Positions 9,100 through 19,517 of a stretch of 29,091 nt of DNA are shown in pieces. The notes under the pieces are model-generated. The model worked only from the letters and a program-made list of their open reading frames with translations. It was not told the origin of the DNA and did not search any database. The DNA is from Dehalococcoidia bacterium (GTDB lineage: Bacteria; Chloroflexota; Dehalococcoidia; Lucifugimonadales; UBA3495). Positions within the stretch are counted from its first letter, which is position 1, and the number at the start of each line of letters is the position of its first letter. Both the position numbers and the translations under genes were made by a program. Location: positions 1 through 29,091 of the forward strand of contig JASLXV010000065.1 in NCBI GenBank assembly GCA_030740155.1, given 5' to 3'.

Positions 9100-9400
9100 G
9101 TATCCTCCAACCTAGCTGAAATGGGCCCCCCGGACCACGTTGTGGTTCGAGGTCGGGCCACTCGCCGCCCATCTCCTCGATGAGACTCCCCCGGTCCCCA
9201 TTGCACCCAAGATCAGCCGGACCAATTCCTGATTTGGAGCGACGGCGCAGACCGGTGACGAGTGAAGTGGACCCGGAAACTCGGACCGGGATGTCCGCGA
9301 GAGTCCTGCCCCAATTATCTCGTCCGAATTCTCGCACCACGGGCAGGGCGTCTCTTCAGGTTTCTCCGGCCAAGCTTCCGGGTAAGGGTCAAGAATGTTA

Positions 9401-11296
9401 TCACCGGCCAAATCCGAAGCCGCCCAGCCCTACCCGCTGGAGGGTTTCAGTATTGGGCTGGCCCGTCTCCGAGTCCCACCCGGCGGCCCGGTAGTATTCC
9501 CCGCGCCATTTCTCCAGGTACGGACCCAGATTGGACGCCTGGCCGCTGACGGGCCCACTGGGAAGGGAAAGGAGGCGCTCGCTAATGTCGAAGTCCGATT
9601 CGGGTTGATAGCCCCGATAGAAGGAAATGAGGCGCTGCAGGTTGACGACACGTTCCCCGACCAGCAGGGCCTCCGCCCGATTGAGGGGGTCCCATCCCAC
9701 GGCGGCATCGATGGCCGCCATATTGAGGTCCAGGTTGCCCTCGATCGTACCCATCGCGAACTCGCAAACGCCGATGCAGTCCCTCCACAGCTTCAGACAC
9801 TGGCCCTTGAACGTAGGCTCGCCGACCCCTTCAACGATGTCGAGGGGGAGGGTCTCGGTGTAGCCGATGTCCGGCTCGCCGCTATTCGCCCGAGCGGCGG
9901 AGCCCCGGTACAAGCCGGAAGGAAACTGGGGGGCCGACCCCGCTTGGGACACGATATGCTTGGAAAAGAGCGCGACCGGATGGTGGCGGAAGTCATGCCC
10001 TTGGAAACCGACTCCCCGCATGTGGACCGCCAGGTCTTCAATCCCGAATTTTCTCCCCGTCTCCCGCATCCCGCCAGCTATGATATTGCCGATGCCCTCG
10101 CGGTGAGCCGCCTTGTACAGAAGATCGATGACCGCCTCGTGGTTTCCCCAGGTGAGGTCAATGCCTTCGGTATCCTCCAGCGTTACACGGCCGGTGTTGA
10201 ACCCCTCCATGAGCATGGCTATGGCCCTTGGCACCTCCCCGGAGTGGATACCCAAGCCGTCCACCAAGCCCGCGATGGCCATGCTTGTCCCCGCATCCAT
10301 GATGCCGACGTTGGGCCCCACCTCTTCAAAGACCTCCGCGCCGAACCCGGCCGCGGTGCTACCCGCGAGGGGGCCGGTCGTAACCACGGTCTCGTGGTGG
10401 CAGGCCATGTCACACTGCCAGGAGCCCACGGGGCGGATCTTCCACTTGGCCAGGTCCTGTTTCAGAGAGTCGCACCAGGCCCCGGCCGACTCGGGCTCGG
10501 TGAAGTTCTTAACCGGGATGCCGCCGAACTTACCCCACTCGGCGATACCCTTGAAGCGGGCCTGGCTGCTCGGAGGCGGCTCGGGTTGCGCGTACAGGCT
10601 GTCCCGCCACTCCGTGCAGACATCCATGAACGCGGCCATGTTCGCCACCGGCACCCGCCCCACGCCCCGGACGGCGATGGCCTTGAGCTTTTTCGAGCCC
10701 CACGCCATACCCGCATCCCCCATCGCGCAGGTGTACACCCCATCGGCGCGTACCGACGCCCCAAGCACCAGGTTCTCTCCTCCGGGGCCGATGCAGGCGA
10801 CGCTTATGTTCAGCGGGTCGCCCAGGTCTAGCTTCAGGCGTCTGGGGGTCTCATAGGTATCCTCGCCCCAATATGGGCCGGCATCCCGCAGCTCCGCTTG
10901 CCCATCGTCGATCCAGAGATACACGGGAGTATCCGAGGACCCGCGGATAATGATGCCGTCCCAACCGGCGTGCTTGAGCCTCGCCCCGAACCATCCGTGG
11001 GCCTGGCTCAAGCCAACCACAAAATCAGGCTTGTAGCGCAGGTTGATCATGGTCCAGTTAGAGGAGCTGGTGACGAGGGTCCCGGTCAAGGGCCCGGTCA
11101 TAATTATCACCGGGGCTTCCGGGTCTGTCGTCTTCATCCCGGCGGTCATCTCCCCGGCCAAGAGATAGAGGCCCAAGCCTGTTCCCCCGATCCAGGCGCG
11201 AAGCACCTCCTCCGAGGGCAACGGTACCGCCTGGACCCGTTGGTTGGTCAGATCCACGTCCAACAGCTTGCCCTGGTAGCCGCCTTGAATCGCCAT
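9401..11296 (-). CDS. Aldehyde:ferredoxin oxidoreductase family protein (W/Mo-pterin)
   Basis: GYQGKLLDVDLT, IGGTGLG, TGPLTGT, LKHAGWDGIIIRG, ACIGPGGENLV, GSKKLKAIAVRG, YYRAAGWD..GQP..ETLQRVGL. Confidence 0.93.
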   Translation of the reverse strand: MAIQGGYQGKLLDVDLTNQRVQAVPLPSEEVLRAWIGGTGLGLYLLAGEMTAGMKTTDPEAPVIIMTGPLTGTLVTSSSNWTMINLRYKPDFVVGLSQAHGWFGARLKHAGWDGIIIRGSSDTPVYLWIDDGQAELRDAGPYWGEDTYETPRRLKLDLGDPLNISVACIGPGGENLVLGASVRADGVYTCAMGDAGMAWGSKKLKAIAVRGVGRVPVANMAAFMDVCTEWRDSLYAQPEPPPSSQARFKGIAEWGKFGGIPVKNFTEPESAGAWCDSLKQDLAKWKIRPVGSWQCDMACHHETVVTTGPLAGSTAAGFGAEVFEEVGPNVGIMDAGTSMAIAGLVDGLGIHSGEVPRAIAMLMEGFNTGRVTLEDTEGIDLTWGNHEAVIDLLYKAAHREGIGNIIAGGMRETGRKFGIEDLAVHMRGVGFQGHDFRHHPVALFSKHIVSQAGSAPQFPSGLYRGSAARANSGEPDIGYTETLPLDIVEGVGEPTFKGQCLKLWRDCIGVCEFAMGTIEGNLDLNMAAIDAAVGWDPLNRAEALLVGERVVNLQRLISFYRGYQPESDFDISERLLSLPSGPVSGQASNLGPYLEKWRGEYYRAAGWDSETGQPNTETLQRVGLGGFGFGR

Positions 11297-11407
11297 CTCA
11301 ACACCTCCGGGTCGGTACTTGGTCTACTTTCAGGCGCGCCGAACCAGCCGGGGCCGCCGCCGTGAGTCCCGTGGGGCCATGTAAGCGCGAATGGACCGGA
11401 CGGGGAG

Positions 11408-12205
<798 letters not shown>

Positions 12206-12590
12206 TTCCCGCCCTCCTTAATAAAACGTCCCTTGGCCCCGCCGTCCCATGGCCTGCATTCGCGCCTGGCCGAGGAGGTCTGGGCACGGGCCACACCTCG
12301 TGGGGCATAATCCAGCCTATCTTCGTCCTTTTTTCTTTCTTCCTCCGTCAAGAAGAGGTATTATATGGCCGATACGGTTAGCCGTGTCAATGTCGGATGG
12401 CGAATGCGGCTTCGGTTGCTCATTTCGTTGGCGGCGCAGGGAGGGGGTTCTACGGGGACGGCGGTGGACCCCTGAATGGTACAATCTCTGAACGATCCTT
12501 CAAGGGGCCGAAGGCCAGACCGGTACACAAGGTTGCCAGTGCCTTGCGATGCCCGTCCGCAGCGGGCGCAAGACGAGAAAGGGGTCCAAG

Positions 12591-12845
12591 ATGCCTACCT
12601 TCCTAGACTATCACCGGGTCCTACCTCCCATGTCGCCCGACGCGGTGCAGGCCATGGTGGCGCAGATTCAGGCGGGACTGCCGGGCGAGTCCGAGGTGAC
12701 CCAATGGAACATCTTCGTCGGTCAGAACGGCCAGGCGTGGTGTCTCTGCGAGGCGCCCGACGCCGAGGCGGTGGTCGAGTCTCACGAGGCCATGCTCTTC
12801 GTGCAAAGCCTGGAAAACGTCGTCGAAGTGACGAGGCTGGTCTAG
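12591..12845 (+). CDS. DUF4242 / SCO4226-like small protein
   Basis: MPTFLDYH..AWCLCEAPDAEAVVESH pattern; purine-rich RBS before ATG 12591. Confidence 0.75.
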   Translation: MPTFLDYHRVLPPMSPDAVQAMVAQIQAGLPGESEVTQWNIFVGQNGQAWCLCEAPDAEAVVESHEAMLFVQSLENVVEVTRLV

Positions 12846-12954
12846 GGTTGCCGCTTATTTGGAGTTCCCCGTTTGCTGGGCCCTGCCTCCAATGTGGCTT
12901 GAACTAGCTTTCCGTGAGATTTTGGGATTGGCCATCGGCATGGGATGCGGGTAC

Positions 12955-12983
12955 TTGACACGGAGGTGACCCCTCAATAGGAT
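12955..12983 (+). promoter_or_regulatory. sigma70 promoter of ACAD-1
   Basis: TTGACA-N17-TAGGAT. Confidence 0.7.
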
Positions 12984-13046
12984 GCTGAGCTAGAGGCGTG
13001 TTCCAAAGCAAGAGGATGCTGAGCTAGAGGCGTGTTCCAGCGCAAG
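12979..13046 (+). repeat. 34-bp tandem duplication in the ACAD-1 leader
   Basis: AGGATGCTGAGCTAGAGGCGTGTTCCA is identical at 12979-13005 and 13013-13039; the units differ at 2 positions. Confidence 0.9.
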
Positions 13047-13056
13047 GAGGGTACCG

Positions 13057-14280
13057 ATGGACTTCGCATTGCCCTATAGCGAGGAGCAGGAGCAGTTTCG
13101 CCAGGAGGTCCGTACCTGGCTGAAAGAGAACGTCCCGGAGGAGATGAAGGACCCCGTCGACCCCAGGGACTTCACCGAGGAGCACTACCGGTTCTGGCGG
13201 GAGACGCACCAGAAGATGGCGAAGAAGGGGTGGCTCTACCCCACTTTCCCCAAGGAGTACGGTGGCGGCGGCCTGACCGGGGATCACGAGACCATCATCG
13301 AGGAGGAGTCATACCGCTCCAGGGTCCCTCGAAACTTCACCTCCCCCAACTGCATTCCCTCCCTTCTGGTCTGGGCCACCGAGGAGCAGAAGCGGAAGTT
13401 CCTCATTCCCATCCTCACGGCGGAGATCACCTGCTGGAACAAGCTCACCGAGCCCCACTCCGGCGCCGACCTGGCCAACTACAAGGGCCGGGCCATCCGG
13501 GACGGCGACGACTGGCTGCTCACAGGGCAACAAGCGTTCATCAGCGGCCGGGGCACGCCCGCATTCCTCTACGGCCCCATGCTGACCGACCCCGATGCAC
13601 CGCGCCACCGGAACCTGGGGTACTTCATGATCCCCGTGCCATCCCCGGGCCTGGAGATTCAGGAGCAGAGCCTGCTCAACGGCAACGACCAGCATTTCAT
13701 CTTCATGGACGGCGTGCGGATACCCGGCGACCACATCATCGGTGGCGACCACCAGGGGTGGCAGGTCGCCGGCACCACCCTGGAGTCGGAGCACGGCGGC
13801 CGCGGCCGGGCCTTCCCCAGAGACGAGCCCGTGGACAACCTGGTGAGCTACGTTCGAGAGGCGAAGCGCAACGGGGATTCATTGGGCAGCAACCCCATGG
13901 TCCAGCAGACGACCATGGATGCCTACATTGAAGCCCACGTGGACAGCCTCCTGGCCAAGCGCACCTACTGGATGTACCAGAACCGGGTCCAGATTAACCA
14001 CGAGCACGCCGTGGCCGACGTGCACCGCCGGCTCTATTCCCTGCGCAACGCCATACGGGTGCGGGACGCCATGGGAATGTACGCCCTTCTGAACTCGAAA
14101 GACTCCCTGTCCCCCCATAAGGGAGCGCAGGAGGTCAATCAGCGAGTGATGGCCGGCCAGCATCATGCCGCCGGGAGCACCAATATCGCCAAGGTGATCC
14201 TGGCCCGGCGCATCGGCATCAGCCGGACCAGAGAGCGAGCGGCTCCCACTCCGTCCACGGCCGCGAGCCACACCAGCTAG
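13057..14280 (+). CDS. Acyl-CoA dehydrogenase family protein (ACAD-1)
   Basis: EEQEQFRQEVRTWL, PKEYGGGGL, TEPHSGADLA, RDGDDW, GWQV..TLESEH; AAGGAGG RBS. Confidence 0.95.
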   Translation: MDFALPYSEEQEQFRQEVRTWLKENVPEEMKDPVDPRDFTEEHYRFWRETHQKMAKKGWLYPTFPKEYGGGGLTGDHETIIEEESYRSRVPRNFTSPNCIPSLLVWATEEQKRKFLIPILTAEITCWNKLTEPHSGADLANYKGRAIRDGDDWLLTGQQAFISGRGTPAFLYGPMLTDPDAPRHRNLGYFMIPVPSPGLEIQEQSLLNGNDQHFIFMDGVRIPGDHIIGGDHQGWQVAGTTLESEHGGRGRAFPRDEPVDNLVSYVREAKRNGDSLGSNPMVQQTTMDAYIEAHVDSLLAKRTYWMYQNRVQINHEHAVADVHRRLYSLRNAIRVRDAMGMYALLNSKDSLSPHKGAQEVNQRVMAGQHHAAGSTNIAKVILARRIGISRTRERAAPTPSTAASHTS

Positions 14281-14479
14281 GGGCTGCTTCCGGAAGCGCC
14301 CCAAACGGGGGAGGGATCTCATCCAAGGTCCACCCCCTTCTGCCTTCGGCGTCCCTTCGAGCAACGCCGTTGAACCGATTCTGTCTTCGGTTTCACGCCG
14401 CCTCGCCACCTCTCAACAACGTTCTTTGCGAGGCGACTATACTCCTTCCGGCTGCGTTTCTGACGAGTCATTTCGCTGC

Positions 14480-14508
14480 TTGACACTGCAGGGAACCGTC
14501 AGTAATAT
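14480..14508 (+). promoter_or_regulatory. sigma70 promoter of ACAD-2
   Basis: TTGACA-N17-TAATAT; the leader is homologous to that of ACAD-1. Confidence 0.7.
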
Positions 14509-14547
14509 GCTGTGTAAAAGGTGTGTTCCAGAACAAGGAGGAAACGC

Positions 14548-15774
14548 ATGGACTTCATAACGCCCTACACAGAACAGCAAGAACAGTTTCGTAAGGAAGT
14601 CCAATCCTGGTTACAAGAGAATGTCCCTGAGAAAATGAAGGAGCCCATCGATCTCAGAGACTTCACCGAGGAGCACTACCAGTTCTGGCGGGGCAAGCAT
14701 CAGGAACTGGCGGCGAAGGGGTGGCTATATCCCAACTACCCCAAGGAGTACGGCGGTGGGGGCCTGACCGGGGACCACGAGACCATCCTCGCGGAGGAGT
14801 TCTACAATTTTAGGGTCCCCCGAAGCTTCACCAACGTCTATGTCCTCCCAGCCCTCCTGGTTTGGGGCACGGAAGAGCAGAAGCAGCAGTTCCTGGTCCC
14901 TCTCCTGACGGCAAAGTGCACCGCCTGGCAGAAGTTCACCGAAGCCCAGTCCGGCGCCGACCTGGCCAACGTCAAGAGCAAGGCCGTGCGGGACGGTGAC
15001 GACTGGGTCCTCTCGGGTCAGAGCGTCTACATTAGCGGCCGCGGTCCTGAACCCGACTGGCTCTTCGGTCCCATGCTGACGGACGCCGATGCGCCGCGCC
15101 ACCGGAACCTGGGGTTCTTCATGATCCCCAGTCCTTCCCAGGGTCTGGAAATCAAAACACAGGCGCTTCTCACCAGCAACGAGCAGCACACCATCTTCCT
15201 GGACAACGTGCGGGTGCCTGGAGACCACCTCATCGGCGGCGCCTCCCAGGGGTGGCAGGTCACCAACACCAGCCTGGAAGAAGAGCACGGCGGCCGTGGC
15301 CGGGCCTTCCCCGCGGATCCCGTCGTTGGCAACCTCGTCGAGTACGTTCGAAAGACGAAAATGAACGGGGGCACCCTGGGTGATGACCCGCTCCTTCAGC
15401 AGCAGACGATGGACGCCTACATCGATGCCCACGTGGACGGCTTGATGGCCAAACGTACCTTCTGGATGTACCAGAACCGTATGGAGATTACCTACGAGGG
15501 CAACGTGCACAACGTGCATAACAGGCTGAAGACCATGCGTCAAGCCATCAGGGTGCGCCATGTCATGAAAATGGATGCTCTCCTGGACGGCAATGAACCA
15601 GGAGCCCCCCACGGTGGCGCCCAGGAGGTCGAGCAGCGCTATGCGGCCGGCCAGCGTCACGCTGCCGGGAGCACCAATATCGCCAAGGTGATCCTGGCCC
15701 GGCGCATTGGCATCAGCCGGACCAAGGAAAGGCCGGCTCCCACTCCGTCCACGGCCACCACTCACACCGGCTAG
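14548..15774 (+). CDS. Acyl-CoA dehydrogenase family protein (ACAD-2)
   Basis: Close paralogue of ACAD-1; TEAQSGADLA, SLEEEH; AAGGAGG RBS before ATG 14548. Confidence 0.95.
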   Translation: MDFITPYTEQQEQFRKEVQSWLQENVPEKMKEPIDLRDFTEEHYQFWRGKHQELAAKGWLYPNYPKEYGGGGLTGDHETILAEEFYNFRVPRSFTNVYVLPALLVWGTEEQKQQFLVPLLTAKCTAWQKFTEAQSGADLANVKSKAVRDGDDWVLSGQSVYISGRGPEPDWLFGPMLTDADAPRHRNLGFFMIPSPSQGLEIKTQALLTSNEQHTIFLDNVRVPGDHLIGGASQGWQVTNTSLEEEHGGRGRAFPADPVVGNLVEYVRKTKMNGGTLGDDPLLQQQTMDAYIDAHVDGLMAKRTFWMYQNRMEITYEGNVHNVHNRLKTMRQAIRVRHVMKMDALLDGNEPGAPHGGAQEVEQRYAAGQRHAAGSTNIAKVILARRIGISRTKERPAPTPSTATTHTG

Positions 15775-15842
15775 GGGCCGCTTCTAGAGGCCGTTGCGCG
15801 GTCCGGAGGGGCTGGTGCAACGAGTTTTATCGAGACACCCGG

Positions 15843-15877
15843 GAACAGGGCTTCAGCGCGAAGCCCTGTTCTTTTTT
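15843..15877 (+). terminator. Rho-independent terminator after ACAD-2
   Basis: GAACAGGGCTTC-AGCGC-GAAGCCCTGTTC followed by TTTTTT. Confidence 0.85.
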
Positions 15878-16031
15878 GTGGCGAACACTATTCAGGGGAA
15901 AGGCGGCCGGAGCGGCGGGCAGCCTCCGGGGGCTCCCGCAAGCGGGCCGTGGGATTTCAGTGGACTGCCGGTGTACTGTCTGGCAGATAGCTTCATGCCG
16001 GCGATATTGTGGGGAATCCCCGACTCACGAT

Positions 16032-16059
16032 CGTCTTTCCGGCGAAGGCCGGGATGACG
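16032..16059. repeat. CGTC-tagged REP-like hairpin
   Basis: CGTCTTTCCGGC-GAAG-GCCGGGATGACG. Confidence 0.6.
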
Positions 16060-16091
16060 GACCGGCTATCAAGCCATTCAAGAGTTCTTGG

Positions 16092-16844
16092 CTAGGGGAG
16101 GGCGTCCATAAGGGAGGGCTCCCACATTGAGGCTCGCCCGTAGTAGGAAGGGCGGCCCACGTGGAATCCCTCTACGGGGAAGAAATCGCCGGCTCGGAGG
16201 GCCTCCAGGAGGTCGCTCTCGTTTCGGATATCACCCTTGAAGACGGTAGTCCCTTTGGCGAAGCCTTGAACGGAGTGGGCATCGCTACCCCCGGTCCCGA
16301 AGCGTCCCAACACGTTGGTCACTTCCTGGGCAAACCGGTTCTCCACCTCGATGTTCCCGCCGTTCACCACCTCAACGTCGTCGACCAGTTCGAAAATGGG
16401 GTGCAGGGCGCCCTCTTCGGGGGTGCTGGGGATGGAAGCGGTGGTCTCGAAGAGATAGTTCTGAGTGTGGATGCCGGCAGGGTCGAAAAGGAAGCGGAAG
16501 GGGTGGGCCAGGATCATGTAGCCTCCCACACGGTCCACCTCTTGGCGCAAATGCCGGATGGTTTCGATACCGCCCGACGGCCCGGTCACGTGGCCCTCCA
16601 ATCCCATGGTAATGATATGCCCCAGAGGAGTGTACACCTCCAGGGCACGCACCAGAACTATGTCGTGGAGGTCATGACTTTGGACGAAGTTGTCAAAATC
16701 ATGGCGGGGCCAGCCGTTGTGCTCCGTAACCATGGCCCCGGTGAGTCCGAGACGCCGTGTCTCCGACACCAACTCATCAGGGGTCAGGGCACTGTCGGGG
16801 CTCCCCTGGTTGGTGTGCACGTGGAGATCAAAAATCGAACTCAC
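16092..16844 (-). CDS. PHP-domain metallo-phosphoesterase
   Basis: DLHVHT, TEHN, EV..GH, AHPFR, EVVNG, GGSDAH; GTG start. Confidence 0.93.
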   Translation of the reverse strand: MSSIFDLHVHTNQGSPDSALTPDELVSETRRLGLTGAMVTEHNGWPRHDFDNFVQSHDLHDIVLVRALEVYTPLGHIITMGLEGHVTGPSGGIETIRHLRQEVDRVGGYMILAHPFRFLFDPAGIHTQNYLFETTASIPSTPEEGALHPIFELVDDVEVVNGGNIEVENRFAQEVTNVLGRFGTGGSDAHSVQGFAKGTTVFKGDIRNESDLLEALRAGDFFPVEGFHVGRPSYYGRASMWEPSLMDALP

Positions 16845-17204
16845 AGGCTGATGTCCTTGCCTCCGCGGATAGGTCGTTCACGCGACGATTGCCGTGTAGA
16901 TATAGCGGAATTCGTCCCGCGTGTCAAGGGCGCGCCGAGCACACCAGACGTGTCGAAAAACGTCCTCTGATGAACCCGCCAGACACTGAAGCTGGCGGAG
17001 ATGCCCAGGTCTTGACGCGAGAGATGTGACGGGGTAGTCTGGCAGGGGCGAAAGCGGTGTCCGAGATGGCTCTTACCGCAATCTCCGAAGAGTTGATGTG
17101 GAGTTCCGCAACGTGGCGCCCCGCGAGAGGCCAACCCCCTGCGGATGATGCCCGCGGATGATGAATGTAGATAGAGGAATGTCCCACGGTTAAGGAGGGT
17201 ACTC

Positions 17205-18431
17205 ATGGATTTTTCATCACCGGATAGCACGGACCAACAGCGGTTTCGCCAGGAGGTTCGTACCTGGTTCGAAGAGAACATCCCTGAGAACATGATCCAC
17301 CCCGTTGATCCCAGGGACTTCACCGAAGAAATGTACGTATTCTGGCGAGGGAAGCACCAGGAGATGGCGGCGAAGGGTTGGCTGTATCCCACCTTCCCCG
17401 TAGAGTACGGCGGCGGGGGCCTGACGGCGGATCACGAGACCATCCTGGAGGAGGAGTCCCTCCGATTCAAGGTGCCCCGCTTCTTGAATACCAACGTGCT
17501 CCCCAGCATCCTGGTCTGGGGCACGGAGGAGCAGAAACAGAAGTTTCTTGCCCCCCTGCTCAAAGCAGAGAAGATAGCCTGGGAGAAGTATACCGAGCCC
17601 AGGTCCGGCGCCGACCTGGCCGGCTACATCAGCCGGGCGGTGCGGGACGGTGACGACTGGATTGTCACCGGGCAAAACGCCTTTATCAGCGGCCGCGACG
17701 TCAGCAGGCCCGACTGGCTCTTTGGCCCCTTGGTGACCGACCCCGATGCGCCGCGCCACCGGAACCTGGGCTACTTTATGATCCCATTCCCCTCCCCTGG
17801 ACTGGAGATCACGGCCCAGAACCTTCTTGACGGCAAAAACCAACACCTCATCTACATGGAGAACGTGCGGGTGCCGGGGGACCACCTCATCGGTGGTGAG
17901 GGTCAGGGGTGGCAGGTCTCCAACACCGGCCTGGAGCAGCAGCACGGCGGGCGCGGGCGCGCCTTCCCCAAGGATGAGCCGGCGGAAAACCTGTTGGGCT
18001 ACGTTAGCGGGACGAAACACAACGGCGGCACCCTGGGTAACGACCCCCTGATCCAGCAGACGACCATGGACGCCCTTCTTGATGCCCACGTGGACAATAT
18101 CCTGGCCAAGCGCACCTATTGGATGTACCAGAGCCACATGGAGATCACCCACGAGGGCAACGAGGCCCAGGTGCACAACCGGCTGAAAACCATGCGCCAA
18201 GCCAATCGGGTGCGGGATGCCATGAAAATGCATGCCCTCCTGGACCGGAATGAACCGGGGGCCCCCCACGGCGGCGCGCAAGAGGTCGAGCAGCGCTATG
18301 CCGCCGGCCAGCGCCACGGAGGCGGAAGCACCAATATCGCCAAGGTCATCCTCGCCCGGCGCATCGGCATCAGCCGCACCAGGGAGCGGCCCTATCCCAC
18401 CCCTTCCACTGCCACCAAGCACGGCAGCTAA
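17205..18431 (+). CDS. Acyl-CoA dehydrogenase family protein (ACAD-3)
   Basis: Paralogue of ACAD-1/2; TEPRSGADLA; LEQQH at the putative catalytic position; TAAGGAGG RBS. Confidence 0.95.
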   Translation: MDFSSPDSTDQQRFRQEVRTWFEENIPENMIHPVDPRDFTEEMYVFWRGKHQEMAAKGWLYPTFPVEYGGGGLTADHETILEEESLRFKVPRFLNTNVLPSILVWGTEEQKQKFLAPLLKAEKIAWEKYTEPRSGADLAGYISRAVRDGDDWIVTGQNAFISGRDVSRPDWLFGPLVTDPDAPRHRNLGYFMIPFPSPGLEITAQNLLDGKNQHLIYMENVRVPGDHLIGGEGQGWQVSNTGLEQQHGGRGRAFPKDEPAENLLGYVSGTKHNGGTLGNDPLIQQTTMDALLDAHVDNILAKRTYWMYQSHMEITHEGNEAQVHNRLKTMRQANRVRDAMKMHALLDRNEPGAPHGGAQEVEQRYAAGQRHGGGSTNIAKVILARRIGISRTRERPYPTPSTATKHGS

Positions 18432-18452
18432 GGCTGCTTGTCCGGTTTGCCA

Positions 18453-18485
18453 GGGACAGGGCTTCCTTTCCGGAGGCCCTGTCCC
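18453..18485 (+). terminator. Stable hairpin after ACAD-3 (terminator or mRNA-stabilising element)
   Basis: GGGACAGGGCTTCC-TTTCC-GGAGGCCCTGTCCC; stem similar to the ACAD-2 terminator but lacks a U-run. Confidence 0.55.
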
Positions 18486-18582
18486 ATTGTGACGTGGGTC
18501 TTGCCTGAGGGACGTTTGGAGGTTAGTATGGTGCTGCTTCCGGCGCCGGGTAAAAGGCTCAGGGAGTGGCTGGAGGAAGGCT

Positions 18583-19407
18583 ATGGACTTTGAGGTCCAC
18601 CACAGCACCGAGCAGGAGTCATTCCGGACGGTGGTCCGAGCCTGGCTGGAGGAGTATGCGCCCAGGGACCTGAACATACCCCCCGACTGGAGACCTCTAG
18701 ACCCGGCAACCCAGGAGCGGGTCAAAGAGTTCCGGCGCAGGATGGGAGCCCAAGGGTGGCTAGCCCCCTCCTGGCCCCGGGAGTACGGAGGCGCCGGCAT
18801 GAGTCCCGCCTTCGAGGCCGTCATCCAGGAGGAGATCGGGTATCTGGACCTCCCGGCTCTGGGCGACAGCCACCGCTGGATCACCGCCGTGATGGTATGG
18901 GGCACCCAGGAGCAGAAGCGCCACTACGTGCTTCCCGCGATGCGCGGAGAGACCATCACCTGGCAGGCCTTCAACGAGCCCGACTCCGGCACGGATATGG
19001 CCTCCATCAAGACCCAGGCCGTCCGGGACGGCAACGACTACCTCATCTCCGGCGCGAAGGCCTTCATCACCGGCCGCTTCGATCCCGACTACCTGTGGAC
19101 CCTGGTGGTGACGGACCCAACCCGGCCCCGTCGGCTCAACCTCGGCACCTTCATGGTGGACGCCAAACTTCCCGGCATCACCATCACGACCCAACGACTG
19201 CTGGTGGGGAGCGAACGGATGGTGTACCTGGACAACGTTCGCGTACCCGCTGATTGCCTCATCGGGACCCTTAGCCAGGGATGGGAGATTGTACAGACTA
19301 TCTTGGAGGGGGAGCGGGGCGGCCCTCCTTACCAACACTTGGCCACCGAGGACGGGACTGTCGCCAGCGTCGTCCAATACCTCAAGGAGGAGCAGGAGCG
19401 CTTTTAG
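18583..19407 (+). CDS. C-terminally truncated acyl-CoA dehydrogenase (ACAD-4, 274 aa)
   Basis: N-terminal and middle domains intact (WPREYGGAG, NEPDSGTDMAS, GAKAFIT, GWEI..LEGER); stop shortly afterwards, with no ACAD-like continuation seen downstream. Confidence 0.85.
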   Translation: MDFEVHHSTEQESFRTVVRAWLEEYAPRDLNIPPDWRPLDPATQERVKEFRRRMGAQGWLAPSWPREYGGAGMSPAFEAVIQEEIGYLDLPALGDSHRWITAVMVWGTQEQKRHYVLPAMRGETITWQAFNEPDSGTDMASIKTQAVRDGNDYLISGAKAFITGRFDPDYLWTLVVTDPTRPRRLNLGTFMVDAKLPGITITTQRLLVGSERMVYLDNVRVPADCLIGTLSQGWEIVQTILEGERGGPPYQHLATEDGTVASVVQYLKEEQERF

Positions 19408-19517
19408 AAGCCGTACCCGGAGTGGGTTCTGCCTGGGAGGTCCTGACGCCATGGGCGCCAGACCGCGGGACTGGGACTACAAACCCATCCGGCAACTTCG
19501 AGGTGGCCGAGTCCCGG

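Noticed and set aside
9112..9411. 99-aa ORF with CPWC between the AOR and CoA-transferase genes
   Set aside because: No RBS, non-ATG start overlapping the AOR stop, and no recognisable domain.
9395..10831. Long antisense or overlapping ORFs (e.g. 9395-10831 +, 17217-18905 -, 4070-5296 +, 14725-15765 -)
   Set aside because: Shadow frames of high-GC genes; no recognisable motifs, and they overlap well-supported CDSs.
14281..14302. Hairpin right after the ACAD-1 stop as a terminator
   Set aside because: Imperfect stem with no U-tract; insufficient support.
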